64,000 nucleotides of DNA from Spirochaetia bacterium (GCA_965208575.1 CBDBOV010000006.1:448001-512000), one strand, 5' to 3'. Counted from the first letter of the stretch, positions 54,481 through 63,361 are shown. Translations and numbers: made by a program. Notes: generated by a model not told the origin, from the sequence alone.

Positions 54481-54651
54481 CTCTCCCGCTGCTTGCGCCG
54501 CTTGTAGTCCCGCCAGATATCCTTGGCGGTTTCGATTGCCTGCTGCTGACGCTTCTTGGTTCCACCACCCAACAAGATGATCACGGCATTTCCATCCTTA
54601 CCAAAATAGACCCGGTAGCCGGGACCGAAGTCTATCCGGGATTCAAAGACT
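54477..54651 (-). pseudogene. RelE/HigB-type addiction-module toxin, 5' half lost
   Basis: [27 protein letters not shown]; upstream sequence is an oppC fragment. Confidence 0.85.
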
Positions 54652-54740
54652 CTCCGCGATGATCGCCCAGCCGATGGTGATCGAGTAGACGATGATGATC
54701 GGCACCGTGATGTTGGGCCACACGTCGCGCAGCAGCGTCC
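54652..54740 (-). pseudogene. internal oppC fragment
   Basis: Matches 35375-35462 and 58961-59050. Confidence 0.8.
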
Positions 54741-54827
54741 GAGCGCTGGGGACCACGCGCCGTTACTTCGCCAAGCCATACGCCGCCATCTTTGTACCAG
54801 TGGTAGTTGCCGGCAGCGCCTCCAAGG

Positions 54828-55050
54828 TCATGTCTCAAGAAACTCGTCCGGCCGGATGCCCGCTTGCCTGAGAATCGCTCTCAAAGTTCCTTCCGGTACA
54901 TCGCCGGGGTGATTGGGAATGGTTGTCCGGGCTCTCGACACGGGGTTCCACCAGATCTCATGGCTTCCTTTGCAGTGCGATCGAACACAAACCCGCGTTC
55001 CCCCAATCGCTTGGTGATGTCTCGGTACGAGTACCCGGCGAGCCTCCCAC
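54828..55050 (-). pseudogene. HicA-family toxin with two apparent 1-nt deletions
   Basis: RLAGYSYRDITKRLGERGFVFDRTA and KGSHEIW..TIPNH..GTLRAILRQAG lie in different frames. Confidence 0.8.
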
Positions 55051-55293
55051 TCAGGCAGACACGGCAACGTCGAGGTCGACCGAACTGCCCATCCTGCGCA
55101 ACCCATCGGGAATAGGATCATCGTGTTCTCGATACGACTCCAACAGCCTCCGCGCAACATCCTGGGCGATCTCGACTGTTTCTTGAACGGTCCTTCCCTG
55201 GGCGACCAGACCCGGAAGCTCCTGGGAGGTAGCCAGGTAGTTGCCGTTCTCGACCCGCTCAACGTGAAGCCGAACGGTGAACTGATCCGACAT
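55051..55293 (-). CDS. HicB-family antitoxin
   Basis: GNYLATSQELPGLVAQGRTVQE..YREHDDPIP. Confidence 0.88.
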   Translation of the reverse strand: MSDQFTVRLHVERVENGNYLATSQELPGLVAQGRTVQETVEIAQDVARRLLESYREHDDPIPDGLRRMGSSVDLDVAVSA

Positions 55294-55404
55294 GGCAGAA
55301 CCCATCATACCGCCAGTGAGACATCTGAACCAATGGGTCTCGCAGGACTTCGAGGCCAGCGCCAGCATGTCGGTGGAGACGACTTCGGGTCTCGGCGCCA
55401 GAGC

Positions 55405-55432
55405 GAGGACCCCGCCCTTGAGCGGGGTCCTC
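55405..55432. other. GC-rich stem-loop downstream of SBP4
   Basis: GAGGACCCCGC-6 nt-GCGGGGTCCTC; similar hairpin after SBP5 at ~63315-63337; no U-tract on the transcribed side. Confidence 0.55.
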
Positions 55433-55457
55433 AAAAGAGATCGCGACGCGGATATCG

Positions 55458-57242
55458 CTAGTAGCCCAGCTCCCGCTTCAGCTCCTGGTCCACCCACAGG
55501 TACATGAGGACAGTGGACCGTTGCATCGCGCCGAGTTCGCCTTCCCCGTTGTAGCCCTTGATCCACGGCTGGGTGGCGCCGAACAGGGGAGCGATCGGCC
55601 CCCTGATCATCCACAGCTGCTCGGCGACCCGCAGGTCGGCCTTCCGCACCCACTCCTTCTGCTCCTCTATCGTGGTGGCGGCCAGCGCGTTCTCGTAGTA
55701 CTCGTCGAACACGGGGTCGTTGTTGTTCGCGGGATTCCAAGCGCTTTGCGACCAGTAACCCCCGAGCGGGGCCGTGGCACTTTGATACTCGGCGGCCCAT
55801 ACGTCGGTGCGCAGACCGAGGTAGGTCTGCTCCAGGGACATCTCGATGTGTTCCGCGCGGGTAACGCCCTGGATCTCGACGTCGATGCCGATCTGCCTGA
55901 TGTAATCCATGGCGATCTGGTAGTAGCCGAGGTCGAAGAACTCGTAATGCTGATAGACGGTACTGAAGCGAACGCCGTCGTCACCGCGCGGATAGCCGGC
56001 CTCGTCGAGTAGCCTCTCCGCCTCCTCGGGGTCGTACCGATAGTACTGCTTGACCTCATCGGGCCATTCCTCGAACGGGACCGTATACCCGAGGACCGCT
56101 TTTCCAACAGGGCCGACCGGGCTTGCATCGCCCCAACCCTGCTGGTAGTTCTCGGCGATGGACTCTTGGTCGATGGCCAGGCTCAGGGCCTGGCGCACGC
56201 GGATGTCGCTCCAGGGCTCCTTCTGGACGTTGAAACCGATCGCCGTTTCCGAACGGTAGGCATACGGGTGCAGCACCAGGTCGGGATTGGTCTTCTGCAG
56301 ATTGACCGCCGAGTCGACACTGGTCAGATGGGAGTTGAGCCCGAACCCGATGAAGTCCGCCTGTCCGGAGCGCATCAGTGAGGTGATGGCGGTCGGGTCG
56401 TTGACGATGAGGTACTCGACCGTGTCCGCGTAGGGCAGGCGATAGTCGGGATACTTGGGGTCGAAGCCCCAGTAGTCATCGATCCTGGTGTAGGTCCAGG
56501 AGCTGCCCTCCACCACGTCGGTGAGCTGGTAGGGCCCCGTTCCGGTCACGTTGCGCCAGTCTTGCATGTCCCCGAATTGGTCGACCACCTCGCGGGCGAC
56601 CACGAACGTATGTAACCCGTAGAGCATGGTCCTCAGGGCAAGGAGACTGGGCTCGCTCAACTTGAATACCACGGTAAAATCGTCGGTGGCGGTTACCGAC
56701 TCGAACGGGATCGTGCCGACTTCAGACCCCCCGATATCCGGGCTCGGCTCGCCGCCGTCCACACCCCAGACGAGCCGCTGCCAGCTGTACTCGACGTCGT
56801 GCGCGGTGAGCTGCCGGCCGCTCACCGGTGCCTTGTCGTGCCAGAACACGCCGTCGCGGATCTTGAACACGTAGGTAAGCGGATCCGGATTCTCCCAGCT
56901 CTCGGCCAGTTGTCCGGTGATGGCCTCATCGGGCAGGAACAGCGTGGTGTAGCCGACCACGCTCCGGTCGATCGCCCAGTCGGCGATGCCGAGCTTCTCG
57001 TTGACCAGCCCGATCCAGGCCCCTGCGGTGTAGCGGTAGTAGGGGTCGATTCCCTCGTTCTTGAAGTTCACGACCGCTCTGATCGTGCCGCCATACTCGG
57101 GCGCGGTGACCATCTCGCCGGTCGTCGGGTCGAGCACCATCTCCTTCTCGGTGGCGGCCGCCTCCTCGCCCTCGCCGGCGGCGAACGTAACGGTAGCCAC
57201 CAACGCGAACACCAGCGCCGGCAGTATGAGTCTTGGAGTCAT
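55458..57242 (-). CDS. ABC solute-binding protein, family 5 (SBP4)
   Basis: Close paralogue of SBP2 and SBP3; no permeases follow it. Confidence 0.93.
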   Translation of the reverse strand: MTPRLILPALVFALVATVTFAAGEGEEAAATEKEMVLDPTTGEMVTAPEYGGTIRAVVNFKNEGIDPYYRYTAGAWIGLVNEKLGIADWAIDRSVVGYTTLFLPDEAITGQLAESWENPDPLTYVFKIRDGVFWHDKAPVSGRQLTAHDVEYSWQRLVWGVDGGEPSPDIGGSEVGTIPFESVTATDDFTVVFKLSEPSLLALRTMLYGLHTFVVAREVVDQFGDMQDWRNVTGTGPYQLTDVVEGSSWTYTRIDDYWGFDPKYPDYRLPYADTVEYLIVNDPTAITSLMRSGQADFIGFGLNSHLTSVDSAVNLQKTNPDLVLHPYAYRSETAIGFNVQKEPWSDIRVRQALSLAIDQESIAENYQQGWGDASPVGPVGKAVLGYTVPFEEWPDEVKQYYRYDPEEAERLLDEAGYPRGDDGVRFSTVYQHYEFFDLGYYQIAMDYIRQIGIDVEIQGVTRAEHIEMSLEQTYLGLRTDVWAAEYQSATAPLGGYWSQSAWNPANNNDPVFDEYYENALAATTIEEQKEWVRKADLRVAEQLWMIRGPIAPLFGATQPWIKGYNGEGELGAMQRSTVLMYLWVDQELKRELGY

Positions 57243-57816
57243 AACGTAACTCCTCCTCGTTGTCGGGCACGGGACCGCGTCCCGTGCCCGTGATCTTGGA
57301 CCGGAAACTCCGGCCATCTCGAGTGGTCCTGGTGGTCGCGCCGTGGAATGGTAGAGCGGCGGGTGTGGATATGGACGAGAGCCGCTAGCAGCCCGTGGTG
57401 GAACCCGGCGTAGCACCGAGAGCGGCGAGGCGCCCGGTTGGCAAGGCGCGAAGAACGAGCATATCCGGGCGCAGGAGTCTGTCGGGTGACGACAGGCTCC
57501 TGCGCGCAGGTGAGGATGGGCCGAAAACGGCGTCCATTGGACGACGGTTTCGGGGCGATACGTGAGCGAGGAGCAACGCAGCCAGCCGGGATGGATCGCC
57601 GCTCGAATGCAGCCGGAGTTCCGCCACGGGCTGCTCGGTCGTCAGCGGCGCGGATGGCGACAGAGTGGTGGACGTGGCTCGGTGAGCGGAGAGAGCGGTC
57701 AGTTACCGAGTGCTTGGTTTGTTGCGGAGCAGGACGGAGCGTTAGCGTTTGCAGCGAACCGCGCCCGCGGCGGGCTGTGTAATCGCGTTTCATCCGCGCT
57801 TGTCCTCCTCCGGGAG
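57243..57816 (-). other. conserved ~575-nt structured 5' leader of SBP genes
   Basis: Paralogous to 39013-39219 plus 41220-41590 and partly to 53056-53294; several hairpins and a ~23-bp long-range inverted repeat. Confidence 0.55.
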
Positions 57817-57822
57817 GCCACC

Positions 57823-57851
57823 ACGCTAGCACACGCCCCGACCACCGTCAA
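57823..57851 (-). promoter_or_regulatory. sigma70-like promoter of the SBP4 leader
   Basis: TTGACG - 17 nt - TAGCGT with TG extension. Confidence 0.55.
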
Positions 57852-58023
57852 GCACGCGTTTGGAGGGTTGGCGGGTTGGTGGTTGCCACAGTTCCTCGGA
57901 GCATATTCTACGCCGCTTCCAGTCGTGACCTGGATCCGTTCAGTTGCAACGACGGGTCATACCCTACGGCTGCAAGACGCGTAACCGCTCGACACCGGGT
58001 TCACAAGACAACGGCCGTTCCGA

Positions 58024-58066
58024 AAGGGATCAGCAGGAGGACGCAGCGGATGGCGTACGCTCTCAC
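58024..58066 (-). pseudogene. ~43-bp remnant of an oppB 5' end
   Basis: Translates to (M)RAYAIRCVLLLIP, versus MRAYVIRRVLLLIP. Confidence 0.65.
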
Positions 58067-58147
58067 GGCAATGGAGACGATTGTTACGACAAGCGGGACC
58101 GTGAGACGAACCCTCAGCGTGGTCGGTGCGTGGTGACGCGCTTGTCG

Positions 58148-58405
58148 CTACTTGTCCACCTTGGCAACCAGCGGGTACCTCTCCGGATGCTGGATGCGAT
58201 CAACGTCAAGGTCTACGTCCAGGTCAGGCCAGTGGAAGTGCCCGTCCCGCTCTTCGATGACATTGAACACCTGATCCACCGAAGCCCACCGAAACCACGG
58301 AAATCGATCGTGGTCCAGGTACAACTCGGTGTCGCACCATGCCAGCCATAGGCCGGCCGGAGTGAGCTGCACAACCTCAGGTCGCGAAGTGCTGGTTCCA
58401 GGCAT
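58148..58405 (-). CDS. DUF2442-family antitoxin
   Basis: GLWL..ELYL...FPWF..HFHWPDLDVDLD...HPERYPL. Confidence 0.85.
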   Translation of the reverse strand: MPGTSTSRPEVVQLTPAGLWLAWCDTELYLDHDRFPWFRWASVDQVFNVIEERDGHFHWPDLDVDLDVDRIQHPERYPLVAKVDK

Positions 58406-58612
58406 TTACAATCTCCTCCTTTCGTCGCTCGATGATTCGCTGGATCTCTCTCGATTCGTGGGCCCTGATGCCATTGACATTGCCAATTCGACGTCCGGGT
58501 CGAGCGAGAATTTCGCCTCGCCGCTTGCGCAGATCACGTGCACGTGGATTCGCGCTTCTTCCCGTGAGAAGAAGAACCGATACGGACCCTCCCTGAACAC
58601 AGTCGGGCTCCC
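58377..58612 (-). pseudogene. DUF4160-family toxin, frameshifted, start degenerate
   Basis: SPTVFREGPYRFFFSREE.RIHVHV..GEAKF and EIVNAWNQHF lie in different frames. Confidence 0.8.
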
Positions 58613-58668
58613 GTGAGTGAGTATAGCGTCCCTGGAAGCCTGACAGTAGGGCACGGTCTGATGACGGA

Positions 58669-59050
58669 CTACCGGCTATCCTTGCGTTCCAGCTTCTGCA
58701 GGGCACGGGTGGCGCGCTCGGCGGCGCGGGCGCCTACGCCGCCGGCCACCCCGCCGCCGCCGCGCAGGCGCGGGTCCAGCAGGTCGCGCAGCGCGTCGCC
58801 GACCATGTTCAGGCAGTACACCACCAGCGTCAGCGCCACCCCCGGCCACATCGCCATCCGCGGCGCCATCTCCATGTACTGCCGCCCCTCGCGGCTCAGC
58901 ATCGTGCCCCAGCTCGGCACGTCCGGCGGCAGCCCGAAGCCCAGGAAGCTCAAGGACGCCTCCGCGATGATCGCCCACCCGATCGTGATCGAGTAGATGA
59001 TGATGATGATCGGCGCCGTGATGTTGGGCCACACGTGGCGCACCAGCGTC
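58669..59050 (-). pseudogene. 3' third of an OppC-like permease
   Basis: Near-identical to 35083-35462, including ~25 nt downstream. Confidence 0.9.
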
Positions 59051-59278
59051 CGAGCGCTGGGGACCACGCGCAGTTACTTCGCCAAGCCATACGCCGCCAT
59101 CTTGTTCGAGTGGTAGTTGCCGGCAAGAGAGGAGCCTCCCGCCGCACCCCGCGCGGACGCGGAGCAAGTACTTAGGCCTCGCCGCTCCGCGCTTGCCCTG
59201 TGTGGATGTCGGGCGACCGATACGAACGCCGCTAAGGACGATGGATATGTGTCGGAGAAGTGGCCTGGCGTGGCCGGG

Positions 59279-60301
59279 CTACGAGCCGGAGCGATCGATG
59301 CGCGCAAGGAAGTCGGCAGTCGTGGCGCAGTCCACGATCCACTCCCCGGTCTCGGCGAGACGATCCGCGTCCGTCATCTCGGCAAGCACCGTCGCCAGCC
59401 GCTCCGCCGCCGCAGGGCCGAACCGCCGCTCCGCCAAGCGGCGCAACAACGCCTTCTGCCGCTCGATGCCCTGCTCGATGCCCTGCTCGATGCCCTGCTC
59501 GATCCCCTGCTCGATGCCCTGCTCGATCCCCTGCTCCAGGATTTCCGCTCCCCAGCGATCAATCTTTTCCGCCAACACTGCACTTGCCTCCTCGTACTCG
59601 CGGATCGATGGCAGCTCCACGCCCCACTTCCGCCCCAGGGCGCCGAGCCACATGTCAAAGGTCCTCGTCAGCCCCGGCTCGCCAGCCTCGGCGAGCCACT
59701 CACCCAACTCCCTCACCCGTTCCGGCAGAGTCCCGGCCTGCACACTCTGCTCCACTTCCGCCACCCACCGTAGCAGGTTCGACCGTGGCAGACCATCACC
59801 CCTCACCGCCACCAGATCAATCACCTCGTAGCTCAGCGCCAGATGCGCGGCACCGTCCTGCTCCGTCCGCTCCACCAGCCCGGCGAGCGTCATCGGCGCG
59901 TCCCACCGGTTGTCTCCATTGTACACGACCACGTGCAACACCGCGTCGGCCGTGTCGCTCTTCCTCCACTTGGTGCGGTCATGGTACAGCCGCTGGTACA
60001 GCAGGCTCGTGTAGTTCAGGAACCGTAGCGGCATCGAGTAGTCCACGCTCGACTGATGCTCGATCACCACGTGCAGCGTGTGCACGCCGCCGCGCCCGTC
60101 GCGCCGGTCGATCGACCACACCACGTCACCAAGCCGCCGCCGCAACTCGTCGGTGACGTTCTCGGTGGGGCCTTCGCGCAGGCTGTCGAAGTCGAGAGCG
60201 GCGGCCCATCCCGACGGCCGCCGCGGGGCGATGAACCCGAGGAGCAAGTCCTTGACGATGCGTTGGTGCGTGAGCAGGCGTTTGTACGCGGGGTCGTCCA
60301 T
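59279..60301 (-). CDS. Rpn/YhgA-like nuclease, copy 4 (intact; 6 EQGI repeats)
   Basis: Same motifs as copy 1. Confidence 0.88.
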   Translation of the reverse strand: MDDPAYKRLLTHQRIVKDLLLGFIAPRRPSGWAAALDFDSLREGPTENVTDELRRRLGDVVWSIDRRDGRGGVHTLHVVIEHQSSVDYSMPLRFLNYTSLLYQRLYHDRTKWRKSDTADAVLHVVVYNGDNRWDAPMTLAGLVERTEQDGAAHLALSYEVIDLVAVRGDGLPRSNLLRWVAEVEQSVQAGTLPERVRELGEWLAEAGEPGLTRTFDMWLGALGRKWGVELPSIREYEEASAVLAEKIDRWGAEILEQGIEQGIEQGIEQGIEQGIEQGIERQKALLRRLAERRFGPAAAERLATVLAEMTDADRLAETGEWIVDCATTADFLARIDRSGS

Positions 60302-60532
60302 GGTTCTCTGCCGGTGGCCGCGCCATCGCAACGACGCCGCGCCATTCGGCGGGGGATTCTAACCTGACGACTTGCGGGGCGGTAGCGCCTCGCGTGAGGT
60401 GCGTGAGGTGCGTGAGGTGATGGTTGTCGGGGCGCTGACGATGGGGTACGCGACCGTATCCGCGCAGACAGGGCAGCCGATTGTCGGAAAGACGTTCGTG
60501 AGCCAAGTGTGCGGCGGGCCGGATTCAGTGCG

Positions 60533-60700
60533 ATCGTTCCAGCTTCTGCAGGGCACTGGTGGCGCGGTCGGCGGCGCGGGCGCCTACCCCGCCGGCCAGC
60601 GAGCCGCCGCCGCGCACGCGCGGGTCCAGCAGTTCGCGTAGCGCGTCGCCGACCATGTTCAGGCAGTACACCACCAGGGTCAGCGCCACCCCCGGCCACC
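60533..60700 (-). pseudogene. degenerate oppC 3' fragment
   Basis: WPGVALTLVVYCLNMVGDALRELLDPR..; matches 35099-35263. Confidence 0.85.
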
Positions 60701-60709
60701 GACGAGCAC

Positions 60710-60892
60710 TCAGGCAGTCATCTCCCTGTCCCGGCCGGTGTGGTCGCTGTACGTGTCGGGGGCCACGTCGATCGTCCTCGTGCCCGCCACGAAGTCGCAG
60801 ATCTTGGTGCCCTCGAGTCCGCCGGGAATTACCAGCACGTGGTTGCGGATACCCACCGAGCCATCCGATCGTTCGTAGCCCAGGAAGTTCAT
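60710..60892 (-). pseudogene. UxaA/GarD-family dehydratase large subunit, N-terminal 60 aa only
   Basis: FLGYERSDGSVGIRNHVLVIP; truncated next to the oppC fragment. Confidence 0.8.
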
Positions 60893-61188
60893 CGCGAGCT
60901 CAGATCTCCTCTGCCCCTATTTCCCTCGAGATTGTGCACGTGGACAAGATCGCCGACCGCAATATCCCGGGACTCGAGGCCGATCGACTGCCCATACTTG
61001 GTGACGTGCGCGCCCTTGGGAATGGCGCGGATTGCAAGCTTGAAGCCGAAGGGTATCCGTTCACGCACTTCCACGCTGCTGGCGTGTCCCGCCAGGCGAA
61101 CCGCAACGCTCGCGTGCGGCTCCACGGTCTCGACCGCGGTGGCGACGTTATCGTTCTCCGCGAGCTGGATGGCGCCGCTGAATGACAT
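60889..61188 (-). CDS. UxaA-family SAF-domain small subunit
   Basis: DNVATA, IPFGFKLA, VTKYGQSIG, GDLVHVHN. Confidence 0.88.
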   Translation of the reverse strand: MSFSGAIQLAENDNVATAVETVEPHASVAVRLAGHASSVEVRERIPFGFKLAIRAIPKGAHVTKYGQSIGLESRDIAVGDLVHVHNLEGNRGRGDLSSR

Positions 61189-61371
61189 TGCATCTCCTTT
61201 GAAATCTCGACCCGCCAGGGGGTCCGCCGGCCCCGCAACGTGGTGGCGAAGTGGTTTGCCGGAGTGTGTCGAAGAACCGGGAAAAACACAACGGGTTCTG
61301 GACCGAGAACGCGGTGCCGCGCACCTCGTACGTCCTCGCGGTACAGCGATAGTTGAAGGTCTCGATGCCGG

Positions 61372-62232
61372 TCACTTCTTGGGCGCTCCGTAGCGACCGC
61401 TACCGCCGCGCAGCCGGGGGTCGAGCAGGTCGCGGATCGCGTCGCCGAACATGTTGATGCCGTACACGACAACGGTCAGGCACAGGCCCGGCCAGATCGC
61501 CAGCCGCGGCGCGATGGTCATGTACTGGCGTCCCTCGCGGCTGAGCATGCCGCCCCAGCTCGGCACCGTGGTCGGCAGTCCGAAGCCGAGGAAGCTCAGC
61601 GACGCCTCGGCCACGATGATGGCGCCGATGGTGATCGAGAAGATGATGATGATGGGCGGCATGACATTCGGCAGCACGTGTCGCCACAGGATCTGTGCGG
61701 CGGGGCTGCCAACTGCTCGGGCGGCCTGGAAGTAGTCGTTCTCCTTGATGGCGATGACGGCACTGCGCATCACCCGGGAATTGCTGATGCCCGAGGAGAT
61801 GCCGAGCACGACAATGATCTGTAGCACACCACGGCCGGCCAGCGACATGATCGTCAGCAACAGCAGCAGCCCCGGCATCGACATCCACGCGTCGACGAAG
61901 CGTTGCACTATCAGATCGTATTTTCCGCCGAGAAACCCGGCGACGCCACCGACCAGCGCCGCGACCACCACGTGCAAGGTGGTCGCCGCCAGCCCGACAA
62001 ACAGCGACAGGCGCGCCCCGTGGATCAGCCGGCTCAGGAAGTCGCGTCCCAGCTGGTCGGTGCCGAGCGGATGCACGCTCGATGGCTCCGCCAGGCGATT
62101 ATCCAGGTTCATCTCGCCGAAACGAAATGGCGCCAGAACATCGGCAAAGACACTCACCAGGATCAACACCAGCAGGATGGCGGCCCCGACGGTACCCAAC
62201 GGATGCTCCCTGAGCAGTCTCTTCAGCAGCAT
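61372..62232 (-). CDS. OppC/DppC-like permease
   Basis: LGTDQLGRD, RHVLPN, GDAIRDLLDPR. Confidence 0.95.
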   Translation of the reverse strand: MLLKRLLREHPLGTVGAAILLVLILVSVFADVLAPFRFGEMNLDNRLAEPSSVHPLGTDQLGRDFLSRLIHGARLSLFVGLAATTLHVVVAALVGGVAGFLGGKYDLIVQRFVDAWMSMPGLLLLLTIMSLAGRGVLQIIVVLGISSGISNSRVMRSAVIAIKENDYFQAARAVGSPAAQILWRHVLPNVMPPIIIIFSITIGAIIVAEASLSFLGFGLPTTVPSWGGMLSREGRQYMTIAPRLAIWPGLCLTVVVYGINMFGDAIRDLLDPRLRGGSGRYGAPKK

Positions 62233-62237
62233 ACCCG

Positions 62238-63200
62238 CTACCGGTAGCGCACGCGCGGGTCGAGCAACCCGTAGAGCAGATCGACCACCAGGTTGATGAC
62301 CACCACGCCGGCGGCAAAGACCAGGTTTACGCCGGAGACCATCGGGTAATCTCGGTCGACGAGGGCATTCACCAAGAGACGCCCGATCCCCGGCAGGTTG
62401 AAGATGTTCTCCATTATTACCGATCCGCCGATCAGGATGGGGAGCTGCAGACCGGTGAGGGTGATCACCGGAATGAGGGCATTCTTGATGGCGTGCCTGA
62501 CGACGACCACTCGTTCCCGCAGGCCCTTGGACCAGGCCGTTCGTACGTAGTCTTGCCTGAGCACCTCCAGCATCATGGTGCGGGTCATGCGCATGGTCGC
62601 GGCGGCGAAGTAGGTGCCCAGAATCAGACTGGGGACGATGAACACGCCGAGATTGCCGAGCAGGTCATCGGAGAGGGCAATCATCCGAATCGGCGGGGTC
62701 CAGTTCCACCAGATCGCCGGAAAGACAATGACCAGCAGACCCAGCCAGAAGTTGGGCGTCGCCAATCCGACTACCGCTAGGGAACGCCCAGCGTAGTCGG
62801 CGAGCGTGTTACGGCGGATCGCCGAGTAGATGCCCACCGGCAGCGCGATGATGAGCCCGATGGCGATTGACAGAAGGCCAAGCTCGAGGGTGACCGGCAA
62901 CCTGCGGAGAATCTGCTCCTCTATCGTAATGGCGCTGCCAAGCAGCGACTTCCCGAGCGTGCCGTCCAGCACGATGCCGCCGATCCAGCGCGCGTACTGC
63001 ACGTGCGCAGGCACATCAAGGCCGAGAAAGCGCTCGAGCTCTGCGCGAGTTTCAACAGTTCCTCCAGAAATACTGCTGGTCAAAAGCATCGCGTCGATAA
63101 CATCACCGGGGATGAAACGGATGAGCAGGAACACCAGGATGCTGACCAACAACAACGTCGGGATCATCAGCAGCAGCCGTCTAATGATGTAGGCTCTCAT
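62238..63200 (-). CDS. OppB/DppB-like permease
   Basis: RAYIIRRLL, QDYVRTAWSKGL, RDYPMV. Confidence 0.95.
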   Translation of the reverse strand: MRAYIIRRLLLMIPTLLLVSILVFLLIRFIPGDVIDAMLLTSSISGGTVETRAELERFLGLDVPAHVQYARWIGGIVLDGTLGKSLLGSAITIEEQILRRLPVTLELGLLSIAIGLIIALPVGIYSAIRRNTLADYAGRSLAVVGLATPNFWLGLLVIVFPAIWWNWTPPIRMIALSDDLLGNLGVFIVPSLILGTYFAAATMRMTRTMMLEVLRQDYVRTAWSKGLRERVVVVRHAIKNALIPVITLTGLQLPILIGGSVIMENIFNLPGIGRLLVNALVDRDYPMVSGVNLVFAAGVVVINLVVDLLYGLLDPRVRYR

Positions 63201-63361
63201 GAAGCGTGGTGCTGTTGGGGTAGGCGTTGGAACGGCGGCTCTCTCACCGCCATCCCAACGCCGCGATCATGGAGTCGCGCAGCGACTCCTAAAGCCAACG
63301 GCGAAGCCGCTCGTGGACCCCGCCTCAGGCGGGTCCTCAATGAATCGGCGCAGCCGATTCA

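Noticed and set aside
57239-57792. 184-codon ORF in the SBP4 leader (GGAGGAGG RBS, MKRDYTARR.., stop overlapping the SBP ATG)
   Set aside because: The SBP2 copy has frame-shifting indels, the motif shared with the SBP1 leader is read in another frame, and the composition is not protein-like. It is not called as a CDS, though a regulatory leader ORF cannot be excluded without Ribo-seq.
61148-61375. 75-aa ORF after oppC beginning (M)TGIETFNY, faintly like an enolase-superfamily N-terminus
   Set aside because: Too short, with no supporting motif.
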